In this document: positions 1-10,567 of the stretch, in pieces
How the letters are laid out: each line of letters opens with the position of its first letter
Numbering within the stretch: position 1 is the first letter of the stretch
NCBI RefSeq assembly: GCF_006345805.1
Contig: NW_021835593.1
Span: 1 to 30,588 of the forward strand
Direction: 5' to 3'
Source: Octopus sinensis
Lineage: Eukaryota
DNA length: 30,588 nt
The notes under the pieces: model-generated
What the model saw: the letters and a program-made list of their open reading frames with translations, nothing else
What the model was told of the DNA's origin: nothing
The model's database searches: none
Program-made: the position numbers and the translations under genes

Positions 1-96
1 TTCCATCCTAAGCCATCATCGTTTATACCCTCAACTAGCCCCCAATAATAATAATGATGATGATGGTGATGATGATGATAATATATAATAATAATG

Positions 97-139
<43 letters not shown>

Positions 140-155
140 CAACAACAATAATAAT

Positions 156-598
156 CTGCTCAATACCACAGATTTGCTTGTCAGTTGTTTGACCTTAACC
201 AGTTGAGCATGTCCCTTAGTGTCTGACGATATGTGCATCTCTGATCACGAGCAGAAGTAGTGGGGGAGCATCATAACCATGTGTTGAGAGGGATTCTTTG
301 GGGTTTGAATAATTCACCTCTGGAAACATGGGTGGTTCTTTCAACATCCTTAAACAACCCTTATTCAGGGACCTTTTGAGCGGGATGGGCTACTCAACCT
401 GAAGAAAAAATTCTAACTGGGCCCCACCTGCAAGGTCATGTGCTGTTTATCTTGATATGAGATCACCATGTCGCGCACATATGATTGTGATGCATGTGCC
501 TGGTGTACCCTTATCAGACGGGTAGTCATGATGGGTATATTGGGCTTCGTATATTTTACCCCAGTGTCACTTTGATGGCATGCACTGCTCTCTCACTC
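156..598 (+). mobile_element. Non-coding interspersed repeat embedded in (TAA)n; probably the 3' UTR fragment of a TAA-targeting non-LTR retrotransposon (R4/Dong-like)
   Basis: About 440 bp of complex sequence with sharp edges, flanked on both sides by AAT/GAT triplet repeats (41-155, 599-710). It ends ...gcactgctctctcactc followed by (aat)n. No coding motif seen. The family call is inferred from the target and from the same arrangement at 22145-22890. Confidence 0.45.
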
Positions 599-679
599 AA
601 TAATAATAATTATAATAATAATAATAATAATGATAATGGTAATAATAATAATAATAATGATAATAATAATAATGATAAC

Positions 680-710
<31 letters not shown>

Positions 711-1868
711 GTGCAACCTGCGTTAGCCCTCAAACCAAGATGTAAAATCGTAAACCTTTAAGCTTATAAGACAAAGGGAATTAGCAAGGTTAGATGTGGA
801 AGAAAAATGCCGGAAGATTGTCTGCATTTAGAATATACTATCTAAAGCCTTGCTGAGAAATATTATATTTACCACGAATATAAGAGGAAATGTACTTTTT
901 TTATAAGAATACTACTCTGAAATATCCATGGTAGCTACTATAAAATATATTTAGTAAAGAATAATCGAAAATTAATTCCAATAGTTACGAACAAACCAAA
1001 ATAATATTATTACTGTATTCAAGGAAACCAACAAATACAGAATCGAGACTGAAGTGATAGATAGTTCTTAAGAGAAAGAGGAAACAACGAGAGTAAATGG
1101 TGAAAGACTAAAAAGAAAGAAGAAAACAATGCCATGCCAAAATAATGGCAAAACTGTCTTCACATGGTAATTACCTGAAAAAATATAAAAAGAATACAAG
1201 ACCACGGGAAATAGATAAAGAAAAATCGCAGCACTGAGTTGAGAAGTTCAAGAATAACAATTGAGACTGAAGGATGTTGTTTTTTTTTTTATATTATTAC
1301 GACGCTGAAATTACCTAAAGACTATAATCAAATAAAGTTCGGTAATTGCAGACTACGTGGAGGTGGCGCTGAAGCAATTAACCCCATTAACTTTGGTTGT
1401 TTATTCTTAGAGAAGAAAGAATCCATTTACAGGTGTGCAAGTGTTGTAGAATATCGTGAAGAAAGTGGCAAATTGTTGGTATAAGCGGAGAAAATAAGAG
1501 GTTACAGAGAAGGGTGGAGTGCCAACATTCTAGGATATACCAATCCGCACAGACTGAGAGATTAAGGATTCGTACAGTACCGGAAGAGGAACTACTTCAT
1601 AATCAAAGTTATATTCCAAACAGGGGATAATGTATCGCTGAAAGGAACGGAGAAACAACAATTCCCAACAAAATAGTGGCACTGAAAATAACCCATATCT
1701 CTAAGAATATGAGCTTTATTTAAGAAATGCTAGTCTGATAAGCAGACTTTCTGAAGACTCTCAACACTCAAGCCTATCCTCTTTATATGTACATGAATAT
1801 ATAAATACATACATACACACACACACACCACACACCACACACACATATATATATAATATATATATACG

Positions 1869-1912
<44 letters not shown>

Positions 1913-1987
1913 TATATATATATACATATAGAATATATATATATATATATAAATTAATCAAAATAAAAACATGATGCCAAGGATTCA

Positions 1988-2064
1988 GCGGTACATATGT
2001 TTCGGGCCTTATTAGACGGATTTATAACAATGCATAACGTATGTCTGTGGCCTTCCTCAGCCGC
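1988..2064 (-). ncRNA. Type I hammerhead ribozyme with palindromic stem III (Penelope-type)
   Basis: Minus strand reads GCGG-CUGAGGA-A-GGCC-(40 nt)-GGCC-C-GAA-ACAUAUGU-A-CCGC. Core CUGANGA and GAAA are present. Stem I is GCGG/CCGC and stem II is GGCC/GGCC with extra AGAC/GUCU pairing. Stem III is the palindrome ACAUAUGU. The GUA triplet predicts cleavage between 1992 and 1991. The base of stem II is imperfect (A.C). Confidence 0.8.
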
Positions 2065-2699
2065 GCACAACAACTTCCACAAGGACATGTATACATCAAA
2101 AAAATTCTTGGTTGGGGATGCAAATCCTCTCATCCGCGGACGACATAATGCGGCAACAGCATAAAAATGAAGCGTCCATCTCGTTCTTCTCTCAATGTAG
2201 AATGAGGAAATTTGGATGTTGAAGGAATGTAAATAAAAATTAATAAAAATAATACATATAAAATATATAAATGCAGACCGACGTGAAGGAACCTGGTAAT
2301 AAGAGTAAATAGAGATAAAGATGGAGGGCCGAGAATCAGGACGAAGGATAAAAAATATATAAAAGTGTAAGTATAGAAAAATATAAAAATGTAGAGGTAT
2401 AAAGATATAAAGAGATATAAAAAATATAAAAAATATAAATGAATATAAAGGTATAAAGTTATAAAAATAAAAATAGAAATAAAAATAATAAAAAATGTAA
2501 AAAAATATAAGGATAAGGGATATATAGTAGTTACGGACCAAACATGGTGGTCAGGGAAATGGCAAATTCTGGTTGTAGAAGTCTTGGGTGTCATAAATCA
2601 ACAGGGGCGTCTGGGGACCTAGTGTATTGTAAATCAGAGTTGTAGAGCAGCTTATCTAGTTCCTCTAGTTCTTCGTAACGTATTAAGTGGTCATCTTGT

Positions 2700-3230
2700 A
2701 CATACGTACCCGCATGGATACATACACCCATATACACGCGCACATATATGCACGCGTACCCAGCCACAAACATATAAGCATACATACGTACTCACGTGTA
2801 AACATATACAGATACACATATACACACACACATGCGCATATATATATATACACACACACAACAGAATATGCATATATATACACGGACAATATACATTTAC
2901 ATATACATATACACACACACACACATACGTATATACATATATATATATACACATACACATATGCATACATATATATGCACATGTATACATATGCATACAT
3001 ACACATATACATACACACACGTATATATATACTCACACCCATACCCACACACGCACATATATATATGTGCATACATGCACACCCACGTGTGCATACATAC
3101 ACGCATACATACATACACACGGACCCACGCGCACGTATCCACACGCACACACACACACATCTGTGTGTCTATACGCGCGTGTGCGCGTACCCTTACATAC
3201 ACATACACAGATGCCCACACATACAGGTAT
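2700..3230. repeat. Degenerate (CA)/(TA) microsatellite inside the PLE 3' region
   Basis: Mixed CA/TA/CACG dinucleotide array; source of the HT/YI/VC ORFs. Confidence 0.9.
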
Positions 3231-3462
3231 AGAAATAAGATATTAAAAGATGCATAAAAATTAGAAATGAAGTATAAAAATTATAAAAACTATAAAAATT
3301 AAAATAAAGAATGAAAATAAAAATAAGAATAAAGGTAAAGCAAAATAAAATAGGATAAAATAAAATTAAAATATAATCGGGTAAAGCTTAACATGAGATG
3401 AAGGTAAAAATAAAAGGTGGTTGAAAGTGTAAAGTTAAAGGTGTGTGCTAAAGGTGACCACG

Positions 3463-3697
3463 TAGGGGCGGGCGGGGGGAACTGAAAATTGGAAGGGTGG
3501 GAAGCGGGGTTTGGTGGTGTGCGCTCAACATCAGAGTTAGAAATGGGAAAAGGTATAGATATAGGGAAACAAAAAATCTAGATAGGGGCGGGCGGGGGGA
3601 ACTGAAAATTGGAAGGGTGGGAAGCGGGGTTTGGTTGTGTGCGCTCAACATCAGAGTTAGAAATGGGGAAAAATATAGATATAGGGAAACAAAAAAT
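3463..3697 (+). repeat. Two-copy 120-bp G-rich tandem duplication
   Basis: taggggcgggcggggggaactgaaaattggaagggtgggaagcggggtttgg... starts at 3463 and again at 3583; the copies are nearly identical. Confidence 0.92.
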
Positions 3698-3846
3698 AAG
3701 AATGTAGGTGTAGGAGAAGAAAAAACATATATGGGAGACAAGATGTGTATATATAGGAAAATATATATATAGAAAAACGGGATGTGCTGGAGCCGAGAGG
3801 TTGCACCGGGTGGGGGAAAATTGCATGGGGGAGCTGGTATAATAGC

Positions 3847-4464
3847 CTAAGCTTTGTTGTATTTGAAAGTATTAATAAGTTTGTGTATACAGGATGGTTT
3901 GAACTCTGACCTTTTGTTAATAAGATTGTGTTTCTCCTTGAATTTCAAGATATTCAGGAGTTCTACACAACATAGTTGGCATCCTGCTCTATTGTTTAAA
4001 TAAGGTGCAGCTGATCCGATGATGGACCACCTGAGTTTGAAACCTATGCTATTGTCTTTTAATTCCCAAATTTTTTTAGAAAGGGAGATGCTGTTAGCTT
4101 TATGCCTATGCTTAAGCGAGGACCGGTGGTTGTAGTATCTAGATTTCCAGGAGGTCGAGCAACCTATGTAGGTGAGTGTGTTAAACTGGGTACTCACCTC
4201 ACATGAATAGATTACGTTTTTCGCCCTACATGCACCACGTAGTGGACACTCGGGTGCACATATGCAGTTGCAGTGCATTGTATTTCCTGGTCGTGTGCTG
4301 TTAATCCCAGGCGGAGGTGTTGCATTACGTGTAGGGGCGCTGTTATCCTCCTGGTTGTTGATGGGTGTGGTATTGCCTCTGTTTTGTTGGCGGGTGTTAT
4401 TACTAACTGTTTGGGTATTATGGGCCAGCCCGATTATATTGTCTACTGTCTGGATGAATGGGTT
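3847..4464 (-). CDS. GIY-YIG endonuclease domain of a Penelope-like element (partial; no RT upstream)
   Basis: Translation shows CNC-x4-CPLRGAC, VIY-x11-[26 protein letters not shown] and LINKRSE..C.H, matching the C-terminal GIY-YIG of PLEs. No stops or frameshifts. The first 33 codons of the listed ORF (4465-4563) are (TA)n-derived. Confidence 0.88.
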   Translation of the reverse strand, partial: NPFIQTVDNIIGLAHNTQTVSNNTRQQNRGNTTPINNQEDNSAPTRNATPPPGINSTRPGNTMHCNCICAPECPLRGACRAKNVIYSCEVSTQFNTLTYIGCSTSWKSRYYNHRSSLKHRHKANSISLSKKIWELKDNSIGFKLRWSIIGSAAPYLNNRAGCQLCCVELLNILKFKEKHNLINKRSEFKPSCIHKLINTFKYNKA

Positions 4465-4514
4465 ATATATATATATATATACATATATATATGTATATAT
4501 ATTTATATATATAT

Positions 4515-4566
<52 letters not shown>

Positions 4567-4595
4567 TGTATTATATATATCTATGTATATTATAT

Positions 4596-4639
<44 letters not shown>

Positions 4640-4649
4640 ATATATATGT

Positions 4650-4867
4650 GTGTGTGCCTGTGTTTGTCCCCCTAGCATTGCTTGACAACAGATGCTGGTG
4701 TGTTTACGTCCCCGTCACTTAGCGGTTCGGCAAAAGAGACCGATAGAATAAGTACTGGGCTTCCGAAGAATAAGTTCCGGTGTCGATTTGCTCGACTAAA
4801 GGCGGTGCTCCAGCATGGCCGCAGTCAAATGACTGAAACAAGTAAAAGAGTAAAAGAGTAAAAGAGT
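4650..4867 (+). mobile_element. Bipartite tRNA-derived SINE, 3' half only
   Basis: Matches the 3' half of the full copy at 29903-30311 (tgtttgtccccctagc...cagtcaaatgactgaaacaa) and ends in a (gtaaaaga)3 tail. Confidence 0.9.
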
Positions 4868-4940
4868 ATATATATATATATGGTATATATATTATATTAT
4901 ATATATATATATATATATTGTGTGTGTGTGGGTATATATA

Positions 4941-4973
<33 letters not shown>

Positions 4974-5111
4974 TTATATATTCATGTACATAAAGAGGAT
5001 AGCTTGAGTGCTGAGAGTCTTCAGAATGTCTGCTTATTAGACTAGCATTTCTATATACATATATATATATACATATATATTATTTATATATATATATATA
5101 TATTATATATA

Positions 5112-5142
<31 letters not shown>

Positions 5143-5168
5143 ATATATTATATATATACATATACATA

Positions 5169-5225
<57 letters not shown>

Positions 5226-5304
5226 ATATATATACATATATATATATATTGACGGTGCTGAGTTGTCAAACATTTAAACCAAATATTCTCAAAGCAACTT
5301 GTCC

Positions 5305-5339
5305 GGCAGTCCCATGGGCCACCACTTTGGGAAACACTG
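5305..5339 (+). mobile_element. Solo right end of a hAT/Charlie-like non-autonomous DNA transposon
   Basis: ...gtcccatgggccaccactttgggaaacactg resembles the terminus of Charlie/MER5-type elements (TIR CAGTG..TC.CAAA). No partner end found. Confidence 0.45.
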
Positions 5340-5552
5340 ATTTAACCTAAATTCCTGCAGATAGGAAAGCTTTCTTTTTCTGTCGAGGGCTTATCTGCCC
5401 CTTTATTGGACTATTTTCTTTAGTCATTGTACGGTGATCGCCATAAGCTTTAAACTTATATAAAAAAGTACCATTGTTATTATTTACAGGATTGTAAATC
5501 ACGGCGCCGTAATAAAAAAAAACATTCGCACCAAAATATATATATATATATA

Positions 5553-5853
5553 CCAGCAGTATCGCCCGACGTTGCTCGGGTTTGTAAGGGAAATAACTAT
5601 ATAAGCATTTTAGAGAGTTACTTCCCTTATATAACCGAGCGAAAATCATTAAAAATGCGGAAAAATTATGGTAATTTTTTTTTTAAATCGTAGACTCATC
5701 GTAGATGCGCGCTAATACTCAGAAGAGCTCGATATGAATCACGACTATAAGATATCCGCTTTTGGTTAAACTGCACCGCAAAATGTGGGAGTAATTAGGA
5801 ATCCAAATCGGAGGAGACAGACACACACACAACTTTAGTTTTATATATAAAGA
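5553..5853 (-). mobile_element. Non-autonomous Helitron
   Basis: Minus strand: host A | TC start (TCTTTATATATAAAA), subterminal hairpin CCCG...CGGG (5565-5580), CTGG end (CTRR) | host T. Homologous to 9944-10335. Confidence 0.85.
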
Positions 5854-6420
5854 TATGTCCAACTTCAAATGATCGTAGAGGTATACATCACTGAAGGGGT
5901 AAAATCACTGTAACACATTGTGTTTAGTAGTCGGCTGATGTTGTCTGGAGCTTAGTGTAATCCATACAGAAATATCTTTAGGAAGAAGAATGTTCTCTGG
6001 CTTAAAATCCTGCAATTAGTAACATTCACATTGTAGGGAATGTTTTGAAAAATAAATGTTAAAAATATACAAAGCTGTTCACCAGATAATGAAGAAGAAA
6101 GTGAGCGGACAATTACTGTTATAATTAATTTTTGTAATTTTCGTTTTGTAATTACCATTCGCTGTTTTTTTTCTTTATTGTTTTGCTATTATACAAAATT
6201 ATAATCATTATTTATGATCGATTGAATGAAAGGTAAGGTATTATTGTGGCTTAAAAGGAGTCCAATATGAAGGATGATGTGTAGGGAGAAGTATAATAGA
6301 CCGGAAGTTATACGTAGTTATAAATGGACGTTAAGATAATTCTATCTTCACATCATAATGGTGACAGTCATTAATTTACTGAAATTTTCAGCTATGCTCT
6401 TAAGAATAGATGATAGATAG

Positions 6421-6742
6421 TGAAGGTACATGGCTTCGGGGTTAGAGACATTCATCTCATGGTCGTGAGTTCGATTTCTGGTGGTACAGCGTTTCCTTGA
6501 GAGAGACATTTTTTTTCACCTTGCCCCCGTTCACTCACCTGGTAAAAATGAGTTGTAGCGGTAATTCAAAAGGGCCAAGATTCCCACGCTGTCACACTGA
6601 ATCTCTCTCAGAACTACGTTAAGGGGTACGCGTGTTTTTGGAGTGCTCAGCCACTTTCACATAAATTTCACATTAATTTCACGACCACTTTCACATTAAT
6701 TTCCGCTGACCGCATCAAGAGAAACACTCGTCATCAGAACCC
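6421..6742 (+). mobile_element. Diverged tRNA-derived SINE with CORE-like central domain
   Basis: Head gaaggtacatggcttcggggttag, B-box-like gagttcgatttc, then ccttgagagagacattt...cactcacctggtaaaaatgagt, which resembles a CORE-type domain. Degenerate. Confidence 0.55.
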
Positions 6743-6744
6743 AT

Positions 6745-6940
6745 GTTTGAGAGGTCTAAATGTGTGACACTCAGATGGGGCGGCATTTGGACTATACGCA
6801 GTACGTTCCCGCAACTGAAAACCCAATATTTGAATGGTTTTAATGATGAAGGATAGCTTATATGGGTGTGTATTGTCGTGAAAAAAATAACACTTTCTTC
6901 ACCAATAGACTACGAGTTTTGGTAGAGCGTTGTCCGTGTA
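6745..6940 (-). pseudogene. Mariner/Tc1 transposase remnant (catalytic domain C-terminal part)
   Basis: Manual translation gives KTRSLLVKKVLFFHDNTHPY...IQNIGF, then after a frameshift YSPNAAPSECHTFRPLKH. This is a decayed match to the mariner motifs LHDNARPH and YSPDLAPSDYHLF. Confidence 0.72.
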
Positions 6941-7692
6941 TTATACGGAAAGCCAGAGAAGAATTTCAGCCGATGACACATAAATCGGATCTTTATTCTT
7001 TCTTGGTGCACACTGCCAGCGAACCCGCCATTTCACTCTGTAGCACAAGAAAGCAATCTGAAGTGTTCAAGTTCAAACCTTAGTCACGTACCCACTACAA
7101 GGCAACCATTTAGTACTAGAACACTAAATGCAATGCTGCCAAGCTAATGAAAATTTGGGCAAAATTGCGAATAATTTTTGACTTCTGGTCGTGTTTTAAT
7201 GACTAACACATCATCGCTGATCAAAGCTCTTTCCGTATGAATTTCTTGAAAATAAACTATATGCAAGACAATGAAATTCAATGAGTCAGCCATATTCTTT
7301 GCCTTCATTCGCACATCTGAATGCTGTAAAAATATTTTTTCCACTCGCGAGCTTTTATTGAAAAACTCGAAAATGATTTCTCGCTGTTGTGCTATCTTCT
7401 GCTATATTTATGTTACTTTCTGTTACTGAAGAATGTTTTTTATGGTTTTATGATACATAGTAAACTTTTTGTCAGTAAAATATAGTAAATTGAGTGATTA
7501 CCTAGTTGTATTTCTCCTGAGAGGTTTTAAACCATTCGTGTCGAAATTATTCTGGCGAATGAATTTGCCTGGAAATTCACAGATATTATTATTTTGACCT
7601 AAATAACAAGTGGAAAAAACTTCATTGAAATCTGTTTGGTACAGACTTCATACGCATTAAGAACATGTTTCATTCTTTGATACAGATCATAC

Positions 7693-8512
7693 CATCATCA
7701 TCATCATGTTCACCTGGCCGAGACAATGGAATTTCCATGCTCCGTCAGACTTCACACGGTCCATCATGGCATTACGGAGGTCCTGTTGCCTGGATGCCGG
7801 TATCCCTGGAGATTACATCAGGGTAGGAGAGGGTGCGCCCTCGGTATTGCGAGTAGAGGGGCTTCCAGCAGGAGAAGAGTAGAAATTACCTCTTTTTCAG
7901 CTCTATACCCTCCCAGCAAACTGGACTCTCTTGCTTTCACAAGAGATGACTCAGGTGGTAGTTTCCCATATTTTGCATTTGGTTGGATGACGCTTCCACG
8001 AGAGATTTTGACCTCTCATAAGGAGGCGAGTGTCAGGTTCCATCCAACCGACCCTCAAGCTTCTTTGATAACGTCCCGGTTTCTGAGCCATATAGTAGAA
8101 ATGGTTCGACTGTGGCTCTGAGACTTCAAGTTTGAAGTCTACTTGATTTGATGACCAGATCTATGCAGTCATTACAGGGGCGACCAGGCCATACCCTTTC
8201 TAGTTAGAAAGTCTTTTCCAGATGATGATATGTATGACCCAAGATATTGTAATCAGAAACCATATTTAAGGGCGCATGTTGAGAGTGTGGATGATGCAAT
8301 CACTGTGGACAGGCACTTGTTAATGCATTCAGTCTTGGCCTCATTGAGGTAGAGACCTACACAATTCGAGGCTTGTTCAGAGATTGTAAAAGGAGACTGG
8401 GCATTGTAGAGAGACTCACTGATAAGAGCGATGTCGTCACAAAGTCAGTGGTCTATCAAGTACTCATCTCTGGTGTCTGAACTCTTCTTGGTTTTTTTCC
8501 AAGCCCTTGCCA
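7693..8512 (-). pseudogene. 5'-truncated RTE-clade LINE (RT C-terminal part) with (GAT)n tail
   Basis: Frameshifted pieces DF(A)DDIALISESLYNAQS (near 8430-8446), GLYLNEAKTECINK, YLGSYISSSGKDFLTRKGMAWS, LYGSET, RLLMR..NLSWKRHPT and RVQFAG. The tail is (cat)5 on the plus strand at 7693-7707. Confidence 0.9.
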
Positions 8513-8693
8513 ATCATACACAAATCTGAAATTTGCATCAATTATTTGCTTTACACACACTGTATAAATTAAGTGTCAGCTTAAAACGGACGATCGGCAT
8601 GAATGGGTTAAACTGCTTCAGGTCCAAGGAGATATATTCCAAAGCGTCATAAGTAAATTATTTAAATTTTGGATTTGTTTACACACACACACG

Positions 8694-8732
<39 letters not shown>

Positions 8733-9000
8733 ATGCATGTATTATTGCATATTGTGTACGTAATAACCCATTAGCGTGCTTTCCGGAGCTCGTCTCCAGG
8801 TGTCAGAGACTAAATGTTATCATGTTTATCATACAATAGTTCTCCATTTACCGAACATGCATGTGTAAATCCGTGTGTATCCGTAGAGTTTATACAAAAG
8901 AATTTAATTTGAAAATATAAAATGAACAACACACGCACACACACACACACACAACACACACACACACACACACACACAACACCACACACACACACACACA

Positions 9001-9046
<46 letters not shown>

Positions 9047-9050
9047 AGTC

Positions 9051-9202
9051 GCGTAGGAGCTGCGCTGTGTGGTAAGAAGTTTGCTTCCCAACCAGATATT
9101 CCAAGTTCAGTCTCACTGCGTGGCACCTTCAACAAGTGCCGCCTATTATAACCTTAGACTGATGAAAGCTTTATGTAGATGGAAACCGAAAAAAGCCTGT
9201 CG

Positions 9203-9264
<62 letters not shown>
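9051..9264 (+). mobile_element. Bipartite SINE, diverged 5' half
   Basis: gcgtaggagctgcgctgtgtggtaagaag...ggaaaccgaaaaaagcctgtcg followed by (TA)n(TG)n; no 3' half follows. Confidence 0.8.
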
Positions 9265-9265
<1 letters not shown>

Positions 9266-9943
9266 CGTTGCCAACGACTATTGAAAAGGTTGCAAGACGC
9301 AATATATAAGTAAATGAGCGGAAACTTTATCAGTGTGTGTGTTAAATGATTAAGGCACTAAAAGAGAAAGACTCTCCCCAGACACAACAATATATATATA
9401 TATGTATATATATATATAAGAAAACCGTCATCTCTTCATTTTCCAAGGGGTGTTTGGCGTTGGGTTGGGCCTAGCACTTAGCCTCCAGAGAATAATAAAC
9501 ACTGAAGCAGATTACAATTGACGTATGTATGCACGAGAAAGTGTGTGCATATGACTGTTTGTGTGTGTGTGTATGTGTATATGTGTGTATGTGTGTCTGC
9601 ATGTGTGTGTGTGTGTGCTTTGTGTAAGTACGAATGGAAAGAAAAAGAAATGCATTAAGAGAATGAAGTTCAAATTTGCTTTTTCAACCATGAATGAGCA
9701 ATGGCCCTGGAATTAAACACACACACACACACAACACACACACACACACAAACACACACACAAGCACATACACACACGCACAAACACACACACATACGAA
9801 CATACATATATTGACACTCGTAAAGTACATTATTTCTGTGAGGCACCGAAAACTGGTCTCACTTTACGAACGAACAAGTGAGAAATTTTGAATTTCGCTT
9901 TACAACTAAAATGTTTTTCTTTCAGCTTTAGAATTATTGCATA

Positions 9944-10335
9944 CTAGCAGTATCGCCCGGCGTTGCTCGGGTTTGTAAGGGAAATAACTATATAAGCATT
10001 TTTAGAGAGTTATAGCCAAAAAGTAGCAAAAAAATGCATTAAAAATGGAAAAAAAATTATGGTAATTTTTTTTTAAATCGTTGACTCAGCGTAGACATTT
10101 TTAGAGAGTTCCCTTATATAATAGTGAAAAAAATGCATTAAAATGGAAAAAATGATGGTAAATTTTTTTAAAATCGTAGACTCATCGTAGACGCGCGCTA
10201 ATACCCAGAAGGGCTCGATATGAATCACGACTATAAGATACCCGGTTTTGGTTAAACTGCACTGCAAAATGTGGGAGTAGTTAGGAATGTAAATCGTAGG
10301 AGACAGACACACAACTTCACTTTTATATATAAATA
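9944..10335 (-). mobile_element. Non-autonomous Helitron with internal ~98-bp tandem duplication
   Basis: CTAG end at 9944-9947 with a CCCG..CGGG hairpin. Body homologous to 5553-5853. Segment 9997-10095 is repeated at 10096-10191. The 5' TC is mutated. Confidence 0.87.
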
Positions 10336-10502
10336 TATCTTCAAATGATTTTCATTAAATCGAAACTTTTTCTTTCTTTTGTCTATATCTTTCGCCATTT
10401 TGTACCATTGCAGTTCGTCAAACATTTGAAATTACTACAAGTGTGGGGCAAAATATGTAGTTTCTGATTTCTTCTTATTCTCTCCAACCTGTTTTGAACT
10501 AT

Positions 10503-10567
10503 TACCTTTTACCTTTACCTTTTACTTGTGTCAGTCATTAGACTGCGGTCATGCTGGGGCACATCGC
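10503..10567 (-). mobile_element. Bipartite SINE, tail-only fragment
   Basis: (ttacctt)n followed by acttgtgtcagtcattagactgcggtcatgctggggcac, the reverse complement of the SINE 3' end. Confidence 0.75.

Larger units (their letters stand above)
1955..4464 (-). mobile_element. 5'-truncated Penelope-like retroelement (GIY-YIG end, long 3' region/pLTR with hammerhead)
   Basis: GIY-YIG frame at 3847-4464 and a hammerhead at 1988-2064 on the same strand, a pairing established for Penelope-like elements. Both ends abut (TA)n tracts. Assigning the intervening T-rich and microsatellite sequence to the element is inference. Confidence 0.75.
1723..5052. repeat. Inverted repeat pair (1723-1815 and 4955-5052) bracketing the PLE
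   Basis: agaaatgctagtctgataagcagactttctgaagactctcaacactcaagcctatcctcttt... at 1723 is the reverse complement of 4955-5052 apart from a few substitutions and indels. The similarity continues inward into CA/TA repeats. Confidence 0.88.

Noticed and set aside
1100-1200. Minus-strand acceptor-like site (ttttttcag at 1175-1183)
   Set aside because: All three downstream frames stop within about 22 codons; no other exon evidence.
1239-1484. 81-aa ORF in complex sequence
   Set aside because: TTG start, crosses a poly-T run, no recognisable motif.
2591-2700. Peptide QDDHLIRYEELEELDKLLYNSDLQYTRSPDAPVDL in the PLE 3' region
   Set aside because: Looks protein-like but is short, starts in a microsatellite and has no recognised homology.
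1730-3257. Many 60-195-aa ORFs rich in YI, VC, HT or FY
   Set aside because: Translations of TA/CA microsatellites and A/T-rich tracts, open on several frames and both strands; no domain signal.
3520-3660. CTGATGT motifs on the minus strand of the 120-bp repeats as extra hammerheads
   Set aside because: The core is CUGAUGU rather than CUGANGA, with no stem II or GAAA partner.
6940-7450. Extension of the mariner remnant to its N-terminus or TIRs
   Set aside because: Only vague similarity; no WVPHEL motif or TIR could be read.
9158-9190. CTGATGA...GAAA as a hammerhead
   Set aside because: Lies in a diverged SINE head where other copies read ccgaccaa...ggaaac; no stems form.
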